A stretch of 61,637 nucleotides of DNA, filler included, from Sluysia triapertura (GCA_046118255.1; 5 parts of 5 records of this genome joined end to end with filler, not necessarily neighbours in it); one strand, 5' to 3'. Shown: positions 39,905 through 51,737, counted from the whole stretch's first letter. The notes: generated by a model not told the origin, from the letters alone. Made by a program: numbers and translations.

Positions 39905-39972
39905 CTTATAGAATAAATTAAGTCCACCAACGTACTAGGCTTACCAGTTAGGGCTAGCCGTTGGATTTTGCA
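39905..39972 (-). repeat. dispersed hairpin repeat (copies at 45335-45400 and 55608-55680)
   Basis: Minus strand reads aaatccaacggctagccctaactggtaagcctagtacgttggtggact. It is shared with 45346 (agctagccctgaccggtacgttgatggact) and 55611 (aaatccaacgcctggccctaactggtaagcccagtacg). Confidence 0.8.
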
Positions 39973-42900
39973 ATTAAAAAAATATAACTCAATGCTTGCA
40001 TAAATGCTTGTTAGTGAAATTAAGTTGAGTTTTGGAGGTATTTTAAATTTAATAGGATTTGTAATAGAATGGGAGTAAATTCTAATTTAGTAATGTAAAT
40101 ATTCTGTTAACTGAAATGTAACAGCTAAATTTTGTATTATTGAAATAGTTTACGCAAATCCTGTGAAAAGGATTTATAATAAATGATTTTACGAGATCAG
40201 AATTAAATTCTGATAAAGCTTTAATGCATGAGCGATTTTATGATTTTGAAACTACATAAATTATTTGGTACTCAAATATTCAAATAACAAAATTTCTTAA
40301 ATATGTATTAATATATGTATGTATTACAACAATTTAATAATTATAATAAGTAATAGAAACTTTACGTTGATTAACTATCAAAGTTAATCTTTTTTGTAAA
40401 AAAAATTTTAATTTGATTTTGCGTAGGAACCGTTAAAAGGTTCCGCATATCTTTATAAACAGATTTTAAGTGGAGTTAAGTGGAGTGGAAAATCCGTTAG
40501 AAAACTTTTGATTAGCTGGGTGTCCTTTCGACAAGTGAGAAATAGTTTTCCTTAAGAGAAATGACAAGGCTTGCATTTGATAATGTGTCCTTGCGCAATA
40601 AAATTTTATTACAAATGTTGCAGTTTAAAATTTTGTCTGAGATTAGTGAATTTTTTCATATGCATTTATATGTATTTTTTGTGATGTCCTTGGCCTTTAT
40701 TAAAACGAAATAATTTTTTAAAATTTAAAACAAAATGATAAAATATTAACTACTTAATTAATTTTATAAATTAATAAATACTTACGTTAGTTTACAAAAT
40801 TGAAATAAAATATTTCCAAAAATATAAATCAATTGTTTAAAAATATAAATAATATTGTTATTAAAAATCAATACATAAAACACAAATTGTTATTAACAAT
40901 TGTTATTAATAATAAAACAAAATAATGATAAAACAACAGTTGCTACTACTACTAATAATAATAAAACGTCACATATATATATGTTGGGATTGCCCAACTA
41001 TGGATCAGGAGATGAGTAAGAATCATATAAAACTATAAAATCAAGGAAAAATTTATATAAGTGATGGATTAAACATTATAAACATTGTTGAAATAAGAAT
41101 CATGAAAAAGAAAATATTTGTAATGATCTTAACAGCTAAAGAATATCTTAAGGTTTCAAAGACCTATATAAGGTGTCGAGACCTTATGGAATCTTGAAAA
41201 GGACTTGGAAAACCTTAAGGTATTAAGGTACCTTTGAACTTGTGAATCTTTAGACCATTTAAAACTTGATTGACCTTTAATTATTCTTGAAACCTTGATG
41301 AGCATCTACGATCTTTGAGTAATCTTATAAAGTGTCTATAAAGTGGTTATAAAGTGAACAAGTAGAAAAATGAATCAGAGAGGTGAAGGTGAAAACATCT
41401 AGAGCCTCCTGAATACCTTATAAACTACTAAATAACCTTATAAACTACTAAATAATCTTGAAACCTTTAAACATAGAATAAGATTAATAGAATTAATTAA
41501 AATCTTACGTCATTGTGAATAACTTTTGAATGCGAAATGCTATGTATATATTTGTTTTGAAAAGACCGAGTTCTTGCAAGGAAAGCCTAAAATTGAGCAA
41601 AGTCAAATTCTAATTAATTTTTAATTATGGAATGTTGAATTTTTAATACTTAGAGTAATGAAAATATGATGAATGAAATATGAGGTGAGTACTATGAAAG
41701 AGGAGAATTTAAAAGTGAGTTTGAAATGTTTGTAAACTGATTCGTAAAGAGAATAAGAACCTTAAAACATTTTTATTAGAAAAGTGGGTGTGAAAAACCG
41801 AAAATCAATTAAATCCTAAAAAATGAAATTAAATTCATTATTTTTATGTATGTTAATTGTTGATTGTTATTTTAATGTGAGAATTAATTTAAGCAAAAGT
41901 AGATTGAGTAGAGTAAAAGAAAATAATAGATAATCATAAATCAATTTTTTGTGTTTTGTATCATGTAAATGTCAGAGTTATTATTGTCGGATTAATTCTC
42001 AAAAAATGTTGTAGTGATATATGCGAGAGAGTGTTTAATCACAAAATTTGAAATTATTGAATGAGAAAATATAAAAAGAGAAACTTAAAAATTTTATCAT
42101 AAAACGCAACAACAATTACAACGACAATACAACAATAATAACAAATAGTTATGCAAATGAGAAGATCCATGCTTAAGTAATTTTTGAATTTATTTTATAA
42201 TTAAAAAAAATTATTTTTTGGAGGATTTATTAAAAAATAGTTTTAGTTCTTGTGCTGCGTTGAAAAAACTTATATATGATAATCGTGAATAAAAGTTAAT
42301 ATTTTTCTTAGTGCTGCGCCACCTATGGTTTCTTTTGATAGATTGTTATCCTTCAGACAATTATAAACGTTATTGTTAATACCGTCATTTTAATCGTTTT
42401 TAGTACTGCTTAATAGAGATTTATAATAATACTAATTTGTAATTGATTTTTATTTAACCAGTAAATTTTTGTGCTTTTATTGATTTGATTTCCAAGAGCT
42501 TAATTTTGGGGTGAATAATTATTGACATTATTAAAAATTTATATTTGATCTAGTGAATACTTAAACAATTGAGATTCTTTTTAAGCTATTCAAATTGATA
42601 TTTATTATAAGTTAATTTAATAATTTTCAAAGACGCAACATTATTATATACTTAAATTATATTCTTACATATTCTTAAATAGTAATAATTATATTACAAT
42701 TGTTGCTATTTTTTCATATGGTTGTGACAGCAACCTAACAATAATAAAATTCACTTTCAAAAAATCTGAAAAATTTATTGCGATGTTTTGAGAATTTATA
42801 TAAGGTATGTGTATAGGCACCTCCAACAAAGTGAAAACTATAGAAGTATATAGAAATCTTTCAACACCTATTCCCGACATTCCCAAATAATAAAATGCTG

Positions 42901-45423
42901 CTTCAGAAAAATGATCCATATCATAATTTTTTTATGGTTAAGCATTAGATGTCAAATGATAACATTAAAGAAATTTATCTTTGTCATATTTACCTAACCT
43001 TAATATCACTGTAATATATTGGTTACGTTAAAGAAATGTTTAGCTTGTCGTCCATTTAAAAATAACTTTAGTGTGGGAAATGATGTTTTATTTTTTTTTA
43101 ATTTTTTATGAATTTTTATTTGATTTTCCATTATTTATTATGTTAATTATTAATTTGTTGACTTGGTTATTAAAATTTTTATCAACACTCTTAAAAAACA
43201 TTACTTAGGTGCTAATTGCAGTTAGACAATTCATTATTATTCTTAAAATTTAAATTGTAGATAAGAAATTATGAAATCAAATTTTATTTCTGTTAGAAAT
43301 AGACAAAAGGAGGGATTATAATTCAATCGTACACAGGTCACTTTTGGTCAATGTTGAATAAAAATCTTAGTAACTGAGATAAATTTGGTAACAGTAGCCT
43401 TTATTACAGAACGTAATTTCCACGATAGTTGTCAGAACAGTGTCCAATCTACTTAGGTCTTAGATAGTGCCGCCGAGGGTCGATACAATTATACATACTA
43501 GATGTTTGAGCGATGAACAGCCTACACCGCCTACACTGAATACGTATGCGTAACGACTTCGACCATATCGTCAACTCGTGATGTTTAGACGAAGCATATG
43601 ATATTATTTCTATTTGTGTTAATATTACGTTGTTTGAAGGGTAATTAATTATTAAAAAATAAAACTTAAAATTATTTACAACACAAACACTCTTAAGATT
43701 AAAACTACAAATAAGAAAAGACAACTGTGCATATTCTTGTATGCAAACTAATTATATAATACGTTAAACAATTTTACTAAAAAAGAAACAGTACTTCACA
43801 ATACATTGACTAAACTAATAATCGGATCGTCAAATATAAAATTGGAAATATTGTTCGTATAGTGAACAACCTGAACATCGAACCGCAGTAACAAAATATC
43901 TAGATCTGACATAGTATGCCATGCCTGTCTGATGATAGTTTCATTTAATTAAATTATCTGTAGTTATCATACTTCTCTTGCATTTTAAATCACCATCTGC
44001 AAAATCTTTTTCTATGGCATCTGGTTTATGATATTTCAAATGGTTCGTCATGCCAACAATCTAAAACATTCGGAGCTACTAAATAACAATCATTTTAAAT
44101 GCCGAGCTGACGTCTTTACGTACGCAAACATCGGGATCGTTGTCTTGTAACTCAGGTTTTGGAATCCTCATCTGAAATCTATCTACATTAAATCCAACCA
44201 GATTAGCTCCGGATCGCACATTGTAACATTTTTATTAATTTTTGTACAATTCCAAAAATAATACCAAGGTCAACTTCTATATAGTTTTTGATTCAATGAA
44301 ACAATTTAATGTCTTTAAACAACCTATTTGTATTCTTTAATTTTTCTTTTTTTAATTCCTTGGCTTAGAAGGAATTGTATAAAATATAATATAAATATAA
44401 TATAATATAAAATGTAACATAATAAAATATAATACAAAATATAATATTGTCAAATATACATACAATATGAATGGCAAATATGAACATTGATCTGCAAATG
44501 TGGATACAACATATTGATTTATAAATGTAAAATATTCATTTGTTAATACAAATCTATTTGTAAATAACGATAATATTGATTTATATGTAATTTAAATATT
44601 GATTCATTTAAATTATTTTACGGATATTAAATTAACGTTTTAAAGAAGGTAAATTATTTTTAATTATTTTTAAAATCATCTTTATAAAGTAATAAAATAA
44701 TAAATAAATAGTTTGTTTTTTGGGAATATAAAAATTTTTATCTTTTATTTTGTTTTAAATCGTTATTGACCTTCAAGGTCACATGTTTAGTATTTAATAG
44801 AAAATATGTTAAAATCTCAAGCAAAAATACAGAAAACTCATTAATACTGACTTTCTTATATTTTGGCATTAACGTTATCAAAGCTAACCATTGTCTTCTG
44901 ATACCAGAAAAGAATCTCATTATTAAACATCCGTCATTTGTCTTGTCAAATCGTTAGTTTAATTGTTTAGGATATTTTGCAATTTTACCACTAAAATACC
45001 ACTAAAAATCTTTTAAAATATTATAGAGCTACTATTTAATAAAGTAGCTGATTAAAATACTTTTTCAAATATATACATATACCAAGATTATTGTAACAAT
45101 CCTTATAAATTCATTTATTTTATTGTTGTATTTTCATTTTATTATTTAGTAATATAATTTCATACTAATTTGGTGCATTATTATTTAACAACAAATAAAT
45201 TTAAAATTGCTTTGTGGTTCATTTTTAAGAACCAAATTAAAATCTTCTTTAATTAAAAACTTTCATAAATTACTAGAAAAGTTTTGGTTGAAGAAAGTAG
45301 AAACAAATTAATTTCCTTAAATATTAAGATTGTGGAAATCAAAAGCTAGCCCTGACCGGTACGTTGATGGACTCACTACATTTATTTTATCCACAAGCTA
45401 AAGAAAAATCTAGCAGAATAAAC

Positions 45424-45440
45424 TGGTACCCAGGTTGAGG
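45424..45440 (+). promoter_or_regulatory. candidate tRNA primer-binding site
   Basis: TGGTACCCAGGTTGAGG lies about 350 nt upstream of gag and just downstream of a dispersed repeat. It starts with TGG (complement of tRNA CCA). The cognate tRNA was not verified. Confidence 0.45.
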
Positions 45441-45789
45441 AACAGCATACAATAATTAATTGATACTAAATTATAAAAATTCCAAAGTTATATAAGTTTA
45501 AGAAGAATTTAAGAATTTAAGAATACAAGAAAATTTTTAGTTAAGGTATAATTGCAATTTCACTAAAGATATGTTATCTTTGAGTATTATTATATCCAAA
45601 GTTATTAATTAACAGTTTTATAAAGATTATACTTTAAGTAAGTGAGTTTTAAGTAAAAATAGATAAACAAATAGTATTATACAACGATTACAGAACAAAA
45701 TTAAGAAACTATATGGCATTGCATAACGATTTTAAAGAATATAAGGTCAGTTAGCAAAAGAGATACGTCCCATATTAACTTTACCAGAA

Positions 45790-46815
45790 ATGAGCAAATT
45801 TAATGGAGCAGAGGAAGACCTCTGTGATTTCCTTTTTGAATATGAAAGCATTGCCGAAGCAAATGGCTGGAATGAAATTGAGAAAGTTCAAATAATACAA
45901 AACTATTTAACACGAGCAGCAATCCAAATCTATAAGGAAATAAGTAACATTGATAAGAAATCTTGGAATGCATTTGTAAATGCTTTTACCAAGGATACAG
46001 TCCTCGATGATGTGACAAAACATTATTCAGAGAAATTAAATTTAAGACAACAAAAACCAAATGAAACTATATATGAATTCACATCCGCTCTTGTTGCCAG
46101 GACAAAAGTCCCTGAAGATAAAAAAGAATCTACATTATTGGATAAGTTGAAAACTGGCTTTCGTCCGGAATTAAGGACATATGTTACATTAATGGAGAGT
46201 AAACATTTTAAGGAGATAATTAAAAAGCTAAGAAGTATGGAAAGGTCTTATAGTGATGATAGAGATAATATTAATTATGTAAGTGATAATGATGACAAAT
46301 ATAAAAGAGATAAAAGCCCAAAATTCAAAAGAAATAAAGATAATTTTGATAATTATAATTATAGATATACGGATAATTCCTCAAATTATGACGAATATAA
46401 TAATCGAAATAATTCTTCAAATTATAATTGAAATAATTCTTATGATGGATATAATAATAATAGATTTAATGGCCCACGTAGAGGCATCTCAAATAGTTAG
46501 AAGGATAATTCAAACAATTATAGAGGAGATAATAACATAAGTAGAGGATTTCCGAATAGTAGAATAAGTAGTTATGAGAAAAGTCCAGCACCGAGATGGC
46601 CACCTAGTTCTAATTTTAATAAGAATAAGAGTATGAGTCCAATAAGATATGAAAACAATAAGACTCAAACTAATATAGATGGAAAGATAATCTGTGACAA
46701 CTGTAATAAAAAAGGACATTACGCAAGAGATTACAGAAAACTAAGGCAGAATGTGCTTACTCAAGACTTTACTAGAGTAGAGATATCAAAGCCCAAATGG
46801 AAAAGTAAGGTTTAA
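45790..46815 (+). pseudogene. retrotransposon Gag (capsid, Asn-rich linker, degenerate zinc knuckle)
   Basis: ORF 45790-46431 reads KFNG....FLFEYESIAEANGWNE..K...YL...A...W..F..AF...LNLRQQKPNETIYEF...G..PELR. The frame continues through stops to ICDNCNKKGHYARDY (ORF 46633-46815). Confidence 0.88.
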
Positions 46816-47386
46816 TAATGATAATAATAAGAATTATAAGGAAAAAATAAATTGAAATTATAGAAATCCAAAGGATTATAGAAATAACAGAAATGATTAT
46901 GAAAATGAAAACGAATATCAATGAGAAGAAAAGAAATAACAATAGAAGAAAACCAAAAAGAAGAGAAATAAGTAGCGATGAAGAAGATGATAAATACCTT
47001 AAATTAATTACCGACGAGAAAAAGAATGCTATGCTTAGAGAATTTTATATTACTGGCTTGATTGTGATAAAAATAGATTTAAAAATAAACAAGAAGAAAT
47101 CTTTATGAGTTACATGCATATTAGACACCTAGAATTTCAAAAGGATAATCAAAGAAGGACACAACGAGAAAAAGAAGAAAATAGACTAACAATACAACCA
47201 ATTCAGGTTAGAAATACAAAATCAACCAATGGATAAAAGAAATAAAAGAAGTAATTACAAACGACGATAAAAGAAAAATAATTCAAGAATAATCAATAAA
47301 TGGGAAGGTAATGTAAGGAAAATTGAACTAAATAGGAAAAATGACAAAGAGATATATTCAAAGAGATATATAACCCTAAAGATTTA

Positions 47387-47581
47387 ATGAAAATAAGTAT
47401 AATTTTTAATAGTGCTTTGAATATTACGATGGAACTCCCATTAACGTCAATTGTAAAAGATATTATAGAATTACTCGGGTTAAATTATTCAACTATAACT
47501 GATGTTGATTTATATTTTTATGATAGAAAATTATTACCTAATGATTATATAAATGATTACGGTTATCCATCAATGAATTGA
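47387..47581 (+). pseudogene. ubiquitin-like domain ORF within the retroelement
   Basis: MKISIIFNSALNITMELPLTSIVKDIIELLG...DLYFYDRKLLPNDYINDYG follows the ubiquitin pattern MxIxV...ITLEV...V.D....I...RLIFxGKxL...LxDYG. No C-terminal GG. Confidence 0.5.
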
Positions 47582-48060
47582 GACAATTAGGAAGCATCAA
47601 TGATTTCTGCAGTTATTATGTCATACACTCAACCTTCGAACTATTTAAATAAATTAAATGAGCTTATAAAAGATGATAATGATGTTGATTTTGATAGAAC
47701 TCGACTATCACTATTAAAAGAATTAATGGAAGATGATTATAATAATAATTATTATTATATGGATCGTTGTAAAATTATAGACATTACTAATGATAATGAT
47801 GATCTTATTGGAGAAAAAACTGATTACATAGTAGACTTAAATAAAAACCCATATATAGAAACAGAATATAAGGAAACAAATACATTTAAAAGAAAACAGG
47901 TAGATCTGGAAGAAATAAAGATAATGATGAAATAACAATTCCAAATCCAATACATAAATAACCCATTAATTTAAGAAAATGTACTTATAAAAATCTAAAA
48001 GAAACACTAAATACCAGAAGCATAATTTATGCATTATTATCTACTTTCGATAATTATAAA

Positions 48061-48370
48061 ACATTATTACCTGAATTAAACGAATATAAAAGGACATTAT
48101 CAAAAATAATTAAAAAGATGGAAAAAAATATAAAAATACGAATATAAGTGATTAATACAATGATAATAATTAATACAAACCTATTATAACCAAACAAGTT
48201 AACACAGGAATTAATAAAGAAAAACTTAAAATTATAAAAGCTTATATAATATTTCAATGTAATAAAGTTGATTAATAACTAATGAAATGATATATAAAGT
48301 TATAAATTTTACTGAAAAGAAACTTGGTGCTTGGATAAAGGAACAAGGAGGATGGAAAAATATTATTAAA
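48061..48370 (+). pseudogene. Bcl-2-family-like segment (clear BH2; putative degenerate BH3 and BH1)
   Basis: MIYKVINFTEKKLGAWIKEQGGWKNII (48287-48367) matches BH2 (Bax LDFLRERLLGWIQDQGGW). Upstream segments RTLSKIIKKMEKN and NTGINKEKLKII lie in other frames at Bcl-2-like spacing. Confidence 0.55.
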
Positions 48371-48459
48371 GAAAAAGAAAAGAATAGATTCAACGAACCA
48401 CTTAATATGATAACAAAGTTAATTAATAATAAAGAAATATTGGCATTATTTTGAATTCA

Positions 48460-49030
48460 TCTAGAAAATCCTATTAAACTTTTGACTGCAGTCAACCCCA
48501 AATTTTATTGGACACATTTTTTTATTGGGCACTGAAGATTGTCCAGAATCAAGACCAAACAGAGTCAAGATAAAATACATGAAAATACTTAATGTTTATC
48601 AATAAAGGAATTTAGTTAAAACACTGGTAAAGGGATGTTTAGTTAAAAGATCTGTAGTTATTTAGTATTGTGGTCATCACAGTCACTCATCGATAATAGG
48701 TATATAATCTATTATATCCATTTAAGATATCTCCTAATAATTGTCGTGACGCTTTTGAAACTGGATGTATAAGTTTAAATAAAGGGGACAAATTAGGAAC
48801 AACGAGAAAATAATTTATAATGTAAGGTCATTAGGTAACGTACTTTTGAAAGTGGGAAGAAAAATTTATCACGATGTAGTGGCTCAAGAAACATGTGTAT
48901 TAAGTTTAAGATCTTTTAATGAAAGTTTTGATTTCGAGAAAGGAAGTATGATGTCACGACCATTCTGTAGAAGTGACCAAACAAGTTGTGATACTGGTAA
49001 ATCTATACTAATATACGAATTTGAAAATTT
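48460..49030 (+). pseudogene. env-like fusion glycoprotein related to chuvirus (Jingchuvirales) G, N-terminal part, decayed
   Basis: Across frameshifts: FDCSQP...EDCP...LNVYQ...GCLVKRSVVI*YCGHHSHSS...ISPNNCRDAFETGCISL...YHDVVAQ...FCRSDQTSCDTGKSILIY. The order and spacing match chuvirus G (YDC...C...Q...C...R...YCGxHSHxS...C...ETG...VVVQ...C.....C). Confidence 0.75.
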
Positions 49031-49250
49031 TCAGTACCCATTAATTTTTTTCAAACAAATTAAATTTAATTTAATTTCGGGATTTCATCAAAATGAATAT
49101 GAATTAGCTGTAGAAGAATTTATTGTTGTTATTATTATTAAATGATTTAAATGCATAAAATCTTATAAAAGCCTCTTTTACACGATCTGTTCTTTATCTT
49201 ATGCTTTTCTTACATATATAGTGAAATAAAAGAAAAGACGCAAATGTTGT

Positions 49251-49350
49251 NNNNNNNNNNNNNNNNNNNNNNNNNNNNNNNNNNNNNNNNNNNNTTAATT
49301 AATTAANNNNNNNNNNNNNNNNNNNNNNNNNNNNNNNNNNNNNNNNNNNN
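49251..49350. other. artificial contig linker
   Basis: N44-TTAATTAATTAA-N44. Confidence 0.98.
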
Positions 49351-49425
49351 AATTAACTCGAGTGTGCTCATTTCTGCAGGTTTACCTCGCTCGAGTTAAT
49401 TCGAGTGTGCGAGTTAAGGGGTTAA
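49351..49425. mobile_element. piggyBac-type terminus at contig start
   Basis: Repeated (c)tcgagt motifs ending in ...gagttaagggg|TTAA. Confidence 0.6.
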
Positions 49426-50729
49426 AGGAAGAAGATAAAATTATGTAGTTATAATATATTTTAAAATATACAGTATAATAAGTCATAATATGTTAACATA
49501 TTAATGTAACAAATTTAAATACACAATTTAACCTCGTTATTTAACGAACATAAAACAAACAATCATCTCATACGCTCAACTTTATTCTTACGCTGATATC
49601 TATGAGTTGGTCCTTAATTGTGTAAATTCAACATCATAGATGACTCACAAAACAATATAAACTTTCAAAGTAAAAGTTTTAAAGCCTATGCAAAGTGAAA
49701 TTCTCACAATTAAAATAATAATTAAAATTTCAATTTAACTAGATTGGTCTCAATATATTAGTAGTTGTATAATGCAAAACTATTATAAAGGTTTCATAGT
49801 TTCTTGTTTCGAAGTTTTGAAAGTTGATTTCTAAAATCATCCATTAAGTATTCCTATTAAATATGCCTCAATTTCTTTTTCCTTTAAATATAGTGGAAAA
49901 CATTGACATTGTGTTTTGTGTAATTACTTATTCTTAAAACTGAATTTCGAGGCTAATTTCCCTCAACTTCCACTTTAGTGTATTCCAGCAATTACCCAAA
50001 GATAATGGAATCTGTGTAAAACAATCTTTTTATCTCTTTTACATAATAAAATCAAAATTTAACATGATTATCATAATAAATTGATTAATATATCAATTTA
50101 TAATTTTTAAAAAATACATTACACATCCATTTCAATAATATGTTTGAATTGGTATCTTAAATGAGGATTAATTTAATACATACTTCTATCATAGATGAAC
50201 ATTACAACATATATAAATTTAACTTTATATTACAGGAAATTAATTAAAACAAATATTTCTTACCTTATTTGCGTCGACATATTTCGTAAAATTTCAACAT
50301 TAGTAATACTGATGAATTTAAACATTATACTTCAGTTCATATGTTATTTTCTCATGCACTAACATCTTACATAAAAGTAAAACAAAACAATTTTTAATTG
50401 AATTAATTAATAACTGTATTTTTATATTTTCAAAGATAAAACTATGCAGAGTTTTCTTTTCATATTTAAAATATTTTACAAACATACCCAATTAACAAAT
50501 ATAATCCGTAATGGTATTTTATTTTATTATTTTATTAATACTCGTTTTATTTTTTACTGCTTATACACTATAAGCTATAACAATCTCATCTATTCTCAAT
50601 ATTATTAATGAATATTCTTCTGAAATGGAAAATAAAATAATATTTTCCAAAAATGATGGAAACAATAAAAGCACCACGAAAAATTAGCATCATAAATATT
50701 TTAACAAAAAATAATAAATTCAATAAATC

Positions 50730-50959
50730 CATTGTTTTTCCACCGCGTCAAATTTTTTATGGGTCGCGGACTCGCGCCTTAGTATAAATAATATAATGTA
50801 ATATAAATATAAACTAAATACAAAAAAATTAATTTATACGATCAAAACGATAATTAGCGCCAATAGTATATGTCTTTTTATATATGTAATAAAAAATGGC
50901 TTGCAGAACAGTCTGAAAAAATTTTATTGGGTCGCGGAGTAAAATCTTGAGAAACGCTG
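50730..50959. mobile_element. hAT MITE, second inverted copy of the 21817-22070 family
   Basis: ttttttatgggtcgcg.actcgcg.cttagtataaataatatata...cagtctgaaaaaattttattgggtcgcgg...tgagaaacgctg is the reverse complement of copy 1. Confidence 0.88.
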
Positions 50960-51737
50960 TTATAATCGATATAAAGACCATGATTGCTTCGTCAAGAATT
51001 GGATTCGATATAGAATTTTATTGGCAATTGAATGATTGAAATGGATCTTCAGCAGATTTATTATTAAATTGACTATTATCATGTTTATATGTGGTTTTTA
51101 CTTGAAGACTCTAATAACGAAGACAGTAACAGCAAGACAAATCTGAGTTCTATTTAAACTATTAATTTTAATACAATTGAGTCTATTATGAAAGTATAAG
51201 CTATGTAATAATGATCGAAAACCATTTCATATTATTAATATTTATTACTATTATCAATAAAGTCTAGCATTTGAAATATAATGTTTGTTTTATTAAACAA
51301 AAAGTCGTGTTTTTAATCAAAATAGAAATCATTCTATTGTTTATCGATATAAGTATTGGCTTAATGTCATAAATAATAGATATTTCATTAAATAATTATT
51401 GAAGCAATATTAATGTATAAATTATGAATTGAATAAATGAATAATGTTTTAATATTGTTTTCATTAAAGTTGTTTAGGAATATATCGGAAAACTCTGCTT
51501 TCTTTAATGAGACTGAATCACGCCACCAAAACGTTACCAGTGATATAATTAACCGCCTAACAGTGGGATTTTTTGAGAAAAGGGGTAAAAAATTTGTCAC
51601 TATTTTTATTTGACTACATTTATTAATACAATTAATTAATTATAATAAATTTACTCAATAAAAGTAAAACTAAGCTTCTAACTATTGAAGATTTATTGAT
51701 ATTCCAATAAAATTTATAATATTAATAATAATGATAA

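Larger units (their letters stand above)
45331..49050 (+). mobile_element. decayed Ty3/gypsy-like LTR retroelement with deleted RT/IN, accessory ORFs and an env-like gene
   Basis: PBS-like TGGTACCCAGG at 45424, gag ORF, CCHC-type knuckle, protease-like CILDT stub, then Ubl-like, Bcl-2-like and chuvirus-glycoprotein-like segments, all on the + strand. Boundaries are approximate and no 3' LTR is seen. Confidence 0.75.

Noticed and set aside
43900-44230. MTNHLKYH as a BED-finger/hAT remnant on the minus strand
   Set aside because: The motif is too short and the upstream cysteines are not recognisable.
46283-46719. Ile-rich ORFs 46283-46540 and 46510-46719
   Set aside because: Alternate-frame and antisense readings of the Asn-rich gag linker.
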